64,000 nt of DNA from Enterococcus columbae (lineage in GTDB: Bacteria > Bacillota > Bacilli > Lactobacillales > Enterococcaceae), in the NCBI GenBank assembly GCA_020742395.1, contig DYWZ01000018.1, positions 19,552-83,551 of the forward strand, written 5' to 3'. The first letter of the stretch is position 1; every line of letters begins with the position of its first letter. Positions 16,802-27,182 of this stretch are shown here, piece after piece. The translations under genes were made by a program, and so were the position numbers. The notes under the pieces are model-generated. The model was given only the letters and a program-made list of their open reading frames with translations, did no database searches and was not told the origin of the DNA.

Positions 16802-17818
16802 ATGAAGAAAAAAGCTTTATTAGCTACTTTGGCGGCTGTTAGTGTTCTTGGTTTAGCAGCTTGTTCAAATAGTTCAAACCAAACTATTGCCTCAATGAAA
16901 GGGCAAACGATTACTGTTGAGGATTTTTATAATGAAATTAAATCTAATTCAACAAGCCAAAGTGTTGTACGTAGCATGATTATTTATGATGTATTTACAA
17001 AAGCTTATGGTGATAAAGTCACTGATAAAGAAGTAGATGCAAAATATAAAGAACAAGCGAAACAATACGGTGATACTTTTGAATCACAATTAAAAGCAGC
17101 TGGTTATACTAAGGCAAGCTTTAAGAAAACGATTCGTCAACAATTAGCTTTAGATGCTGGTTTACGTGCACATGTGAAATTAACCGATGCTGATTACAAG
17201 ACTGCTTGGGAATCTTTCCATCCAGAAGTAACGGCTCAATTAATTCAAGTATCTACTGAAGACGAAGCTAAAACAGTGATTGCTGATGCTCAAAAAGATG
17301 GGGCAGATTTCAGTAAAATCGCTAAAGAAAAATCTTTAGCTAGCTCAGCGAAAAAAGGTGGCGAAGTGAAATTCGACTCTACTACTGCTGATGTACCTTC
17401 AGAAGTTAAAACTGCCGCTTTTGCCTTAAAAGACGGTGAAATTTCTTCTACCCCAATCGCTGTAACTGATAGTTCAACTTATCAAACCACTTACTATGTT
17501 GTGAAAATGGTGAAAAACCAAGCCAAAGGGAACGACATGGATAAGTACAAAAAAGATTTGAAGAAAATTGCGATTGATAATAAATTAAATGATTCAACAT
17601 TCGTAACCAAAGTAATTGGTGAAGAATTGAAGAAAGCTAATGTGAAGATTAAAGATAAGACTTTTGCCGATGTATTAACTACTTACATGGATGCAACAAA
17701 GACTTCATCAAGTAAGAAATCTTCATCATCAAGCAAAGCTGAATCAAGTACTTCTTCAAAGGAATCAAGTACTTCAAGCACTGAATCATCTGAAAGTTCA
17801 ACTGCTGAATCTAAATAA
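16802..17818 (+). CDS. prsA: Foldase lipoprotein PrsA
   Basis: Lipobox LAAC, parvulin-like domain, Ser-rich tail. Confidence 0.92.
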   Translation: MKKKALLATLAAVSVLGLAACSNSSNQTIASMKGQTITVEDFYNEIKSNSTSQSVVRSMIIYDVFTKAYGDKVTDKEVDAKYKEQAKQYGDTFESQLKAAGYTKASFKKTIRQQLALDAGLRAHVKLTDADYKTAWESFHPEVTAQLIQVSTEDEAKTVIADAQKDGADFSKIAKEKSLASSAKKGGEVKFDSTTADVPSEVKTAAFALKDGEISSTPIAVTDSSTYQTTYYVVKMVKNQAKGNDMDKYKKDLKKIAIDNKLNDSTFVTKVIGEELKKANVKIKDKTFADVLTTYMDATKTSSSKKSSSSSKAESSTSSKESSTSSTESSESSTAESK

Positions 17819-17833
17819 TCAGTCATGCAATAG

Positions 17834-17868
17834 ACAAGGGATCCTTCATGGGTATCCCTTGTTTTTTT
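17834..17868 (+). terminator. prsA terminator
   Basis: ACAAGGGAT / ATCCCTTGT stem plus T7. Confidence 0.8.
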
Positions 17869-17869
17869 A

Positions 17870-18556
17870 TTGTTGTTAACACTTAATTCAAGTGGTAAAT
17901 ATTATATTTCCTTATTGTGTAACGAAGAAATCGTTGAGTTTCCTAAAACTAATTCCGCTATTGGAATTGATCTTGGTATAACTGATTTTGCGATACTTTC
18001 TAATGGTCAAAAAATCAATAACAATAGATTCACTTCAAAAATGGAGAAAAAGCTTAAACGTGAACAACGTAAACTGTCTAGGCGTGCATTATTAGCTAAA
18101 AAACGAGGTGTTAAACTCTATGAGGCTCGAAACTATCAGAAACAAAGACAAAAAGTGGCACGTCTCTACGAAAAAGTAAGTAATCAGCGTAACGACTTTC
18201 TAAATAAGTTGAGTACAGAAATAATCAAAAATCACGATATTATCTGTATAGAAGACTTAAATACAAAAGGTATGTTGCGTAATCATCAATTAGCGAAAAG
18301 TATTTCTGATGTGTCATGGTCTAGTTTTGTCGCAAAATTACAATATAAAGCTGACTGGTATGGACGTGAAATCATCAAGATAGATAAATGGTTTCCATCA
18401 AGTCAAATTTGTTCAGAATGTGGACACAAAGATGGCAAGAAACCACTCAAAATTAGAGAATGGACTTGTCCTATTTGTCATACCCATCATGACCGTGATA
18501 TCAACGCTAGTATCAATATTCTAAACGAAGGCTTGCGAATAAAGCAATCCGCTTAA
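17870..18556 (+). pseudogene. tnpB: IS200/IS605-family TnpB, N-terminally truncated (no HTH/REC region, no tnpA, no left end)
   Basis: GIDLGI, IEDL, CSECG..CPIC zinc finger, DRDINA; frame begins at [10 protein letters not shown], an internal TnpB motif. Confidence 0.9.
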
Positions 18557-18562
18557 ATACAA

Positions 18563-18713
18563 TTAAGAACCGTAGGAACTACGGGGATAGCTTGGTAAAT
18601 AAGAGACACCGCTGTTAGTGAAAAAATAAGCTATCAAGTATGCTCTATTCCCAAGAAGCTCCCACTTCAAGCGTTAAGAACCGATAGTTTTAGCTAAGTG
18701 GTGAGTAGTTCAC
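18563..18713 (+). ncRNA. IS200/IS605 right end / omegaRNA scaffold ending in TCAC
   Basis: AACCGTAGGAACTACGGGGATAGCTTGG ... GAAGCTCCCACTTCA ... AAGTGGTGAGTAGTTCAC hairpin directly after tnpB. Confidence 0.75.
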
Positions 18714-18714
18714 A

Positions 18715-18888
18715 TGGGATATTCAACAAGAGATAGCGCTCCTAACTAAAACAAAGAAAAAAGCCCGATTAATCAGTAATGCCCAATTAGATGATTTTGA
18801 ACTGTCAGCTGAAGATACGGCATTAATTCATTCATTAAATCAAGATTTACGTGTAGGACCAAATCCAGACACCTTTGATTTTAAGTAA
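18715..18888 (+). pseudogene. C-terminal remnant of an aldo/keto reductase (YvgN/DkgA-like)
   Basis: WDIQQEIALLTKTKKKARLISNAQLDDFELSAEDTALIHSLNQDLRVGPNPDTFDFK* starts right at the IS right end. Confidence 0.8.
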
Positions 18889-18917
18889 AAAAATAAATCT
18901 AGAAGTTAAGTTGTTAC

Positions 18918-19259
18918 TTAACTTCTAGATTTAAATGTTTCTAAATGCTTTGAAAGTGTGGCAAGTTGCTGATTGATACGTTCAATGCGAGGTTTAGCCT
19001 GAAATTCAAATTTTTCCAAATCTTTTTCTAGACCTTCTTGAAATTTAGGGACAACGGTTTGAACGGTTTGCGCAAGTTTTTGTTGTTGCAATTGGACATT
19101 TTGATAGCTATCTTTGACATCAGCAATTTTTTGAGTGGTTTGCTTTACTTGTTGTTTAAGTGCTTGCCGTGTTTTGTTGCCAGGCTTTTGCGTTGTAAAT
19201 AAGCTCACCAGTCCGCCAATTGTCGAACCGACAAGTAAACCTTTAATAAATCCCTTCAT
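18918..19259 (-). CDS. YtxH-domain protein
   Basis: FIKGLLVGSTIGGLVSLF..P.G. Confidence 0.8.
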   Translation of the reverse strand: MKGFIKGLLVGSTIGGLVSLFTTQKPGNKTRQALKQQVKQTTQKIADVKDSYQNVQLQQQKLAQTVQTVVPKFQEGLEKDLEKFEFQAKPRIERINQQLATLSKHLETFKSRS

Positions 19260-19271
19260 TTCTTTTGCCTC

Positions 19272-19700
19272 CTATGCTTCAAATTGAGTTTGAATACGTT
19301 TAGCGATGGCATTTAGTAATTCTGGATTATATTGATCCGTATGATTACCAAAATGCATAGAAAAATCGTCATGTTTACTATAACGAGGAATTAAATGAAT
19401 ATGTGAATGGAATACAGTTTGATAAGCAACCTCTTTATTATTATTGACGATGTTTAACCCTTGCATTTCTGGATAAGCAGCTTGTAAGGCTTTAGCAATT
19501 TTAGGAACACGTGCAAAAACTTGACTAGCTAGCTCTTCATCGTATTCAAAAATATCACTTGCATGATTTTTAGGGACAATTAAAGTATGTCCTGGTGTTA
19601 CTTGACTAATATCTAAAAAAGCATAAACGACATCATCTTCATAGATTTTATAACTTGGAATTTCTTGGTTAATAATTTTACAAAAAATACAATCTTCCAT
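19272..19700 (-). CDS. hit: HIT family protein
   Basis: CIFCKI, HSHIHLIPR. Confidence 0.92.
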   Translation of the reverse strand: MEDCIFCKIINQEIPSYKIYEDDVVYAFLDISQVTPGHTLIVPKNHASDIFEYDEELASQVFARVPKIAKALQAAYPEMQGLNIVNNNKEVAYQTVFHSHIHLIPRYSKHDDFSMHFGNHTDQYNPELLNAIAKRIQTQFEA

Positions 19701-20055
19701 AAATAAAACCCTCCTTTTATTTAATTCTACTTTAACATATTTTTGGCTGAATCGTTAGTAAATAAGTAGATTATTTCTAAATTTTCCTTTAGCGTTTTAG
19801 ATTATTTATTTTTAAAAATTCTGCTTTAAATATAGCTGAATATGCACATGAAAATATATTTAATGATAACTAAATGGACTACTATATATGTGTTTTTTTA
19901 TAATAGATATTTTTAAATAGTTGTATAAAAGAGAAGTGATTTAATCGAAAAAAATGAAAGACTTGTGATTAATTGATTTTTAACCTCATATTTCTTGCGA
20001 TAATGATGATTTCTCAGTAAAATAATTTAGGATAATATAGGGAGGAATTGACAGT

Positions 20056-20856
20056 ATGTCTTTATTTAGTTTTGATCCGTTAACACAATTAAGTGTGTTT
20101 GCTTTAAGGGTAAAAGATCGTGATGGAATGATTGATTTTTATTGTAAAATGTTAGGCTTTAAGTTAAAAACCCAAGAAAATGAATTGGCCATTTTATCAG
20201 CTGCCGATGCTAATAATGAGCGTATTTGGTTGGAAGAATCTCCAAGAGCTAAAGAGCATTTTGGTGAGGTAAAACGGTTAAATCATTATCATATCGAGGT
20301 GCCAACTTTAGCTGAATTAGCAGCAATTTATTCACGTTTAGTTCATGCTAACTATCCAATTATTGATGCTGATTTTACATCAGAAAATTGTATTTTTACG
20401 ATTATCGACCCTGAGGAGAATCGTTTGGTTTTAAGCACGACAGAAGCGATTAAAATGGATGAGGCTTCCTTATTGACCGGTGCGAATCCTGAATTGCCAC
20501 TTTCAAGTGGGGCTAGAATTAGTGGTTTGGGGCTACATGCATTAGATGTAAATGAAGAGTGTCAATTCTTAACAGAAATACTAGGTTTTACTTTTGATGA
20601 ACAAAAATCAGCGACTCAACAATTAGCCGATGGCACATTTAGTTTAGCGGTAGTTGATAGTGATACTGAAAATGTGAAAGTACCAAGTCATCAAATTTTA
20701 GGCTTAGATTTCTTAAAGTTTATTTTAACTGATGAACAATTTGAAAGTTTGTTGGCTCATTTAATCAATCAACAGCAAGAATACTATTTAGATAGCAAAA
20801 AACGCATTTTAACCATCTACGATCCAGTAGGGGTTGAATGGTGGTTCTTACGTTAA
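20056..20856 (+). CDS. VOC/glyoxalase (CppA-like) protein
   Basis: DFY..LGF, IWLEESP, DPEEN repeats. Confidence 0.7.
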   Translation: MSLFSFDPLTQLSVFALRVKDRDGMIDFYCKMLGFKLKTQENELAILSAADANNERIWLEESPRAKEHFGEVKRLNHYHIEVPTLAELAAIYSRLVHANYPIIDADFTSENCIFTIIDPEENRLVLSTTEAIKMDEASLLTGANPELPLSSGARISGLGLHALDVNEECQFLTEILGFTFDEQKSATQQLADGTFSLAVVDSDTENVKVPSHQILGLDFLKFILTDEQFESLLAHLINQQQEYYLDSKKRILTIYDPVGVEWWFLR

Positions 20857-20941
20857 AATAATGAAATCGAGTAGAGTATCAACTGTCTTTCTTATAGAAT
20901 AGGTTGATTGTACTCGATTTTTTTGATTAGGAGCGAGGTAC

Positions 20942-21964
20942 GTGTATAGCAAAACAAGACAAACAATCATCGATTATTTACATTCAGGTGTTTTTTCAGG
21001 TGTGAATTATTGGATGTTTGATCAAGGACAAATAATTAGCGAAAGTTTAGGACAATTAGCGACAATACCCGTAAGTGAACCAATGGTAGCCACAGCGCTA
21101 TTTGATGTCGCTTCATTGACAAAAGTAATCTGTACGACCAGTGTTTTACTTAGACTTTATGAAAAAGGTAGGATTTCTTGGGAAGATGCTTTGCAAAAAC
21201 ATCTGCCTACATTTACTGATGCTAAGATTACGCTAAGACATTTATTAACGCATACCGCAGCGATTAAAACGTATATTCCAAATCGCGATCAACTTGATGC
21301 CCAACAATTACGAGCCGCTTATTTAACCTTGCAATCAGGAAAAAATTTAGGCAAAGAAGTTAAATATACTGATGCTGGAACAATTTTATTGGGCTTTATG
21401 TTAGAAGAGATTTTTCAAAAGGATGTAACGACTGTTTTTCAACAAGAGGTCTTAACACCTTTAGGTATGATAGCTAGTTGCTTTTTGCCTAAGAACAGTC
21501 CCTATCCAATTGTGCCTACTGAACAATTAGCCTCGGGTCAGGTTTTAAGAGGTATTACCCATGATCCTAAAGCGAGAGTATTGGCTAGTCATGCGGGCAA
21601 TGCCGGTTTATTTGCCAATATGGCTGATTTAATTAAGTTTTGTCAAATGTATTTAGCTTATGGTGCAGATTATCTCCAAAAAGCAACTGTGCAAATGTTA
21701 CTACAAGATCAAACACCGCTAGGAAGTGGTTTTCGCTCATTAGGCTGGGATTTAAAAGGCGAAATTTCACAGCCATTTTTATTTCATACTGGCTATACAG
21801 GCACATTTTTAAGTATTGATCCATTCCATCAACAAGCCTTTATTTTTCTATCTAGTCGTGTTCATCCTCGTGATGATCGACAAGCTTATATCGAAAAACG
21901 TGATCGATTATTAGCGATATACATGCAAGAAAAACAAAACCGTTTAAAATTTAAAAATTCATAA
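20942..21964 (+). CDS. Serine hydrolase, beta-lactamase/AmpC-like fold
   Basis: FDVASLTK, LLTHT, YTD, HTGYTG. Confidence 0.85.
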   Translation: MYSKTRQTIIDYLHSGVFSGVNYWMFDQGQIISESLGQLATIPVSEPMVATALFDVASLTKVICTTSVLLRLYEKGRISWEDALQKHLPTFTDAKITLRHLLTHTAAIKTYIPNRDQLDAQQLRAAYLTLQSGKNLGKEVKYTDAGTILLGFMLEEIFQKDVTTVFQQEVLTPLGMIASCFLPKNSPYPIVPTEQLASGQVLRGITHDPKARVLASHAGNAGLFANMADLIKFCQMYLAYGADYLQKATVQMLLQDQTPLGSGFRSLGWDLKGEISQPFLFHTGYTGTFLSIDPFHQQAFIFLSSRVHPRDDRQAYIEKRDRLLAIYMQEKQNRLKFKNS

Positions 21965-22022
21965 GAAAATGTCTAGTCATTTATGCTATAATGGAGACGA
22001 TTAATTTGAAAGGGGCAATTAA

Positions 22023-22979
22023 ATGATGCAAGAGCCTTTATTTATGCAACCAGTATTCCAAGAAAAAATTTGGGGAGGCAATCGTCTACACACCGTTTTT
22101 GGCTTTGATTTACCTAGTGATAAAATCGGTGAGGATTGGGCAATTAGTGCGCACCCACACGGTAGAAGTGTGATTTTAAATGGTACTTATCAAGGAATGA
22201 CTTTAGATCAATTATGGGCTGAACATAAAGAGTTATTTGGTCAGCCAAGTGAAGAGGTTTTTCCATTATTGATTAAAATTTTAGATGCCGAAGATGATTT
22301 ATCTGTGCAAGTTCATCCAGATGATGAATACGGGAAACAACACGCAGGAGAATTAGGAAAAACAGAATGTTGGTATATTATTGATGCCAATCCAGGCGCA
22401 GAAATTATTTATGGTCATCAGGCTAAAACCAAAGAAGAATTAACGCAAATGATTCAAGAAGGTCGCTGGGATGATTTATTAAAACGCGTGCCAGTTAAAA
22501 AAGGGGATTTCTTCTTTGTACCAAGCGGCACCATTCATGCTATTGGTAAAGGAATCATGATTTTAGAAACTCAACAAAGTTCCGATACCACTTACCGTGT
22601 TTATGACTATGATCGCAAAGATAATCAAGGAAATACACGTGAGTTACACATTCAACAATCTATTGATGTGACAACTGTACCTGCTAGTACGCCACAATTA
22701 GCTGTTAAAGAGATTCGTAAAGGAAACAGCGCGCTAACTACTTATTTAGAAACTGAATTTTTCAATGTTTATGAATGGCAAGTAAAAGGTGAATTAACGA
22801 TTGACGCTAAAGGACCTTATACTTTAATGACAGTAATTGAAGGCTTTGGCTATTTAGTAGTTGATGGCAAAGAATATGAATTAAAGATGGGTACAAGCTG
22901 CATCATACCAAATGGCATCCAACAATGGCAAATTAAAGGTGATGTGAAAATCATCGCTTCTGATACAGCAAAGAAATAA
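22023..22979 (+). CDS. manA: Mannose-6-phosphate isomerase class I
   Basis: KIWGG, LSVQVHPDD, GKTECWY, ETQQSSDTTYR. Confidence 0.95.
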   Translation: MMQEPLFMQPVFQEKIWGGNRLHTVFGFDLPSDKIGEDWAISAHPHGRSVILNGTYQGMTLDQLWAEHKELFGQPSEEVFPLLIKILDAEDDLSVQVHPDDEYGKQHAGELGKTECWYIIDANPGAEIIYGHQAKTKEELTQMIQEGRWDDLLKRVPVKKGDFFFVPSGTIHAIGKGIMILETQQSSDTTYRVYDYDRKDNQGNTRELHIQQSIDVTTVPASTPQLAVKEIRKGNSALTTYLETEFFNVYEWQVKGELTIDAKGPYTLMTVIEGFGYLVVDGKEYELKMGTSCIIPNGIQQWQIKGDVKIIASDTAKK

Positions 22980-23056
22980 AAGGCTACACCTAATCGTTTT
23001 GCAATGATTAGGTGTATTTTGTATAAAAAATTATTATTTTAAAAAGGGGTTTATCG

Positions 23057-23626
23057 ATGGTTAAGACGGTTTATCTCATGCGACATGGCCAAACTTTGTT
23101 CAATGAATTAAAGAAGATTCAAGGTTGGTGCGACTCACCTTTGACCGATTTAGGCAAACAACAAGCGAGCCAAGCCAAAGGATATTTCAAAGAAGCTGGC
23201 ATTCAGTTTGGGCAAGCTTTTTCTTCGCCACAAGAACGTGCCTGTGAAACATTAGAAATAATCTGCGATTTACCGTATCAGCGGATCAAAGGATTGAAGG
23301 AATGGAATTTTGGTCGTTTTGAAGGCAAACCAGAATTTTTAAATCCTCCGTTACCGTATGGTGATTTTTTCATAGCTTATGGTGAAAAAAGTCAAGAACA
23401 GCTCATGGCTAGAATCAATCAAACTATGCTAGAGATTATGGCAACAATTGATAATGACTTACCTACATTAATTGTTTCGCATGGTGCCGCATGTCGTAAT
23501 TTTATGCGTGTTTGGGAACATTTGGCTAAAGTGGATTGCAATCAACGGTTAGGGAATTGCTCTATTTTGAAATTTAGCTATGAACAAGGTCAATTTTATC
23601 TAGAAGAAATTATCAATCCGAATTAA
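23057..23626 (+). CDS. Histidine phosphatase (phosphoglycerate mutase-like)
   Basis: MRHGQT, SHG motifs. Confidence 0.85.
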   Translation: MVKTVYLMRHGQTLFNELKKIQGWCDSPLTDLGKQQASQAKGYFKEAGIQFGQAFSSPQERACETLEIICDLPYQRIKGLKEWNFGRFEGKPEFLNPPLPYGDFFIAYGEKSQEQLMARINQTMLEIMATIDNDLPTLIVSHGAACRNFMRVWEHLAKVDCNQRLGNCSILKFSYEQGQFYLEEIINPN

Positions 23627-23718
23627 AAAAACAAAAAAATTTTAAAGTCAAGGCATTTTGTTGTTGAATTCAGCAACAATAGGTATAAAATAAAAGCATA
23701 AGAAAGAAGGGATGCACG

Positions 23719-24177
23719 ATGACAGATTATCGTAGAATTTTAATACCAGTAGATGGTTCAATCTTAGCTGATTTAGCCTATCAAAAAGCCAAACGCTATG
23801 CGATGCAAACGAACGCTCGTCTAATCGTTTTATCTGTAGTTGATACATCAGGAATTGCGATGCATGACTACGGTGGTGGCTTTGAAATCGATCCATTAAT
23901 GGTGACAGCAAAAGAATTTTTAGAAGATTATGCTGAAGATGCTGCTAAGGATCAAGTAAGTTGCGAAACGATTTTAGAAGTAGGTAGTGCTAAAAATGCC
24001 ATTTTAGAAATTGCCAAAGATCAAAATATCGACTTAATTATGATGGGGGCAAGTGGTACAAACTCATTTACTCGTTTGTTTATCGGTTCAACTACTGACT
24101 TTATTGTTCAAAATGCTAATGTGGATGTCTTTGTAGTGAAAACACATATGGATAATACCACTCGACCAACGCACTAA
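23719..24177 (+). CDS. Universal stress protein
   Basis: ILIPVDGS, DLIMMGASG, IGSTT. Confidence 0.9.
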   Translation: MTDYRRILIPVDGSILADLAYQKAKRYAMQTNARLIVLSVVDTSGIAMHDYGGGFEIDPLMVTAKEFLEDYAEDAAKDQVSCETILEVGSAKNAILEIAKDQNIDLIMMGASGTNSFTRLFIGSTTDFIVQNANVDVFVVKTHMDNTTRPTH

Positions 24178-24396
24178 TTTGTTGTTTCCAATTTGTAATT
24201 GTTTACTTCAAAAAAGCCAAATTTTCTATTTATTAATAGATTTTTTGGCTTTTTTATCGCCTAATTTTTTGCTCATTTTCTTATTACACGCAGTACATAA
24301 AGCATCGCGAATGTCTATTTACGTTGTTTTACTTTGATTTGTGATTAAGATAAAATTTCGCTATAATGAACTCATGTGAAAAAAGGAGTCGATGTT

Positions 24397-24876
24397 ATGA
24401 TTATAGCAATTTGGGCACAAGATCGTAATGGATTAATCGGTAAAGATGGCTTGCTACCTTGGAAGTTGCCTAATGATTTGAATTTTTTTAAAAGTCAAAC
24501 GATGAATGGTACGTTGGTTATGGGCCGAAAAACTTATGAAGGACTAGGTAAACGTTCTAAAGCCTATAAGCAAATTTATGTATGTACGCGTCAAAATAAT
24601 TTGTCTTTATATGAAAATGCCGCGATTATTCATTCACCACAAGAAGTCTTATCTGTAGAAAATCTACATATTGGCGGCGGTGGCGATATTTTTCGCTTAT
24701 TTTTACCTTATACCGATGTCATTTACCGTACGTTAATTGATGCAGAATTTACTGGTGATGCCTATATTGGTGAAATTGATTTTAGTGAGTTTGAATTAGT
24801 TGAAGAAATCCAAGGTGTGATGGATGAAGAGAATATCTATCCACACGTTTTTCAAAAATGGGTACGTAAAAAATAG
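24397..24876 (+). CDS. folA: Dihydrofolate reductase
   Basis: IGKDGLLPWKLPND, VMGRKTYE, IGGG, GDAY. Confidence 0.9.
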   Translation: MIIAIWAQDRNGLIGKDGLLPWKLPNDLNFFKSQTMNGTLVMGRKTYEGLGKRSKAYKQIYVCTRQNNLSLYENAAIIHSPQEVLSVENLHIGGGGDIFRLFLPYTDVIYRTLIDAEFTGDAYIGEIDFSEFELVEEIQGVMDEENIYPHVFQKWVRKK

Positions 24877-25221
24877 AAAAATACAAAATTAATCTATGGC
24901 TTTAGCGTGGATTAATTTTGTATTTTTTTACTCTTATCATTTGTTTAATTGCTATGATTCGTGGTAAAATAAGTTATCCGGATAATTTAAAGAAAGTTAG
25001 TTTTAAACTGAATTTCTGTGACAATTGATGCACCAAGTTTTCCTCTCCTTTATCTTATATTTTTTGTCAATCTTAATCATATTTAGCTCTGTAGAAATGC
25101 ATTTCTATTTTTGTAAACAACATTTGTGATAGGCATATTTAAATTTTTTAAAATGGAAAACTCAGTATACTGAATTTAATTTGACAAGAAAAATTAAATG
25201 ATATGTTAGGAAGTTGAAAGT

Positions 25222-26385
25222 ATGTTAGAACAAAATGTAATGATTCCTTTTTTGAAAAAATTTGATCAATATCCTTTTCGTGTGGTGATAAACGACAAAG
25301 AACATGTTATTGGTCAAGGAAAACCTGAATTTACGGTTCACTTTAATAAAAATATCCCCTTGAAATCATTATTAACCAGTACTTCTCTAGCTCTTGGTGA
25401 AGCCTATATGAATAAAGATTTGACAATTGATGGTGATTTATATTACGCTTTAGACCATTTTTTAGGTCAAATGGATAAATTTTCTACTGATCAATCAGCC
25501 TTAAAAAAATTGATTTATACTTCTGTAACTAAAAATAATCAGAAAAAAGAAGTTCAAAGTCACTATGATATTGGCAATGATTTTTACCAATTATGGTTAG
25601 ATGATACGATGAGTTATTCTTGTGCATATTTTAAACATCCTGATGATAGCTTGTATCAAGCACAAGTGAATAAAGTCGATTATATTTTAGAAAAATTGGC
25701 TTTACAACCAGGAATGTCTTTATTAGATATTGGTTGTGGTTGGGGCTTTTTATTAATTGAAGCAGCTAAAAAATATGGTGTAAAAGGTACGGGTATTACG
25801 TTAAGTGAAGAACAATATCGTAAAGCCAATGCACGGATTAAAGAGCTACATTTAGAAGAGCTTGTACATATTGAATTGATGGATTATCGTGACTTACCAA
25901 GTTATCATCAAACCTTTGATCGTATAGTTAGCGTAGGAATGTTAGAACATGTCGGTCGAGATAATTATGCTTTATTTATAGAATGTGCCAAGAAGGTACT
26001 AAAACCAGGTGGTGTTTTCTTACTGCATTTTATCAGTGGCATGAAAGAAAATCCTGGGGATGCTTGGATTAAAAAATATATTTTCCCAGGTGGGGTCATT
26101 CCTTCATTAAGAGAAATGATTACTTGTGCGACTGATCAAAATTTCCATATTTTAGATGTAGAAAATTTACGGTTACACTATAATAAGACCTTACTTTGTT
26201 GGCAAGAAAACTTCAATCAACATAAAGATGAAATTTTAGAAATGTTTGACGAACGGTTTGTACGTATGTGGGAATTATACCTAGCCAGCTGTGCAGCAGG
26301 ATTTCATAATGGCGTGGTGGAACTACATCAAATCCTAATGACCAATGGGATTAATAATGATTTACCAGTGGTGCGTTGGTATTAA
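25222..26385 (+). CDS. cfa: Cyclopropane-fatty-acyl-phospholipid synthase
   Basis: HYDIGNDFY, YSCAYF, LDIGCGWG, YIFPGG. Confidence 0.95.
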   Translation: MLEQNVMIPFLKKFDQYPFRVVINDKEHVIGQGKPEFTVHFNKNIPLKSLLTSTSLALGEAYMNKDLTIDGDLYYALDHFLGQMDKFSTDQSALKKLIYTSVTKNNQKKEVQSHYDIGNDFYQLWLDDTMSYSCAYFKHPDDSLYQAQVNKVDYILEKLALQPGMSLLDIGCGWGFLLIEAAKKYGVKGTGITLSEEQYRKANARIKELHLEELVHIELMDYRDLPSYHQTFDRIVSVGMLEHVGRDNYALFIECAKKVLKPGGVFLLHFISGMKENPGDAWIKKYIFPGGVIPSLREMITCATDQNFHILDVENLRLHYNKTLLCWQENFNQHKDEILEMFDERFVRMWELYLASCAAGFHNGVVELHQILMTNGINNDLPVVRWY

Positions 26386-26430
26386 TTGTTAGGCATAGAA
26401 ATTGTGTTATTGGTTGGAATCTGCTACTTT

Positions 26431-26553
26431 ACTGAAACTCAAATTATTGAAAAATTTGAAGCAGAGCAACAAAATGATCCTGCTATGTAACAAGCTGGTT
26501 GGCAAGCAATTTTAGATAATTTCAAAAATTATGTAGAATCTTTCAAAGATTAA
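26431..26553 (+). pseudogene. C-terminal remnant of an SRPBCC/AHSA1-like protein with internal TAA (26488-26490)
   Basis: ETQIIEKFEAEQQNDPAM*QAGWQAILDNFKNYVES. Confidence 0.65.
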
Positions 26554-26584
26554 TCAGACTTAAAAACGAGTGAGCTTATGAGGC

Positions 26585-26971
26585 TTACTCGTTTTTAGTT
26601 TGCTTGGTTTTATTTTGACAGAGTAAGCTTAAACGGCCGACCGCTGTTTTTTTGTCATTATCTAGATAGACACTTGCTTGCCAGACTTGTAGGGTTTTCC
26701 CAATTTTATCTGGGGTGGCGATTACGGTTAATGTTCCTGATTGCGTACTGCTTAAATGACTAACTTGTAAATCGACACCGACACAAAACTGTTGTTTATC
26801 TACGTGTAAATTAGCCCCAATACTACAAGCTGTTTCAATTAAGACGGCATTAATCCCCCCATGCACATAGCCAAAGGGCTGTTTATGTTTTTCAGAAATG
26901 GGCATCGTTAAAATGACTTTTTCAGGTGATTGTTCTTGAATTTGGATGGCTAAATGATTGAGTAAATTCAT
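26585..26971 (-). CDS. menI: PaaI-family thioesterase (DHNA-CoA thioesterase, MenI-like)
   Basis: QPFGYVHGG hotdog motif; divergent from menB. Confidence 0.75.
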   Translation of the reverse strand: MNLLNHLAIQIQEQSPEKVILTMPISEKHKQPFGYVHGGINAVLIETACSIGANLHVDKQQFCVGVDLQVSHLSSTQSGTLTVIATPDKIGKTLQVWQASVYLDNDKKTAVGRLSLLCQNKTKQTKNE

Positions 26972-27182
26972 TGTTTTTCCTCACTTTAAGTAATGATTGA
27001 TTTTAATTTAGATATTTAGTAGCAATATTCGCTTATCTTTACTATAAGTGAATGTGGCTACTTTGAAAAGTTAAGCGACGACTAGTTAAGGGAATTCTTA
27101 GGTAAATTTTAAGCGTTTTTTTCAAAAGTTGTGTATAATCTAGAATGTATGAAAAAAATAGACCGATAAAGGAGCAGTTTGA

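Noticed and set aside
17690-17815. Ser/Thr/Glu-rich low-complexity repeats at the prsA 3' end
   Set aside because: Ordinary disordered tail of enterococcal PrsA
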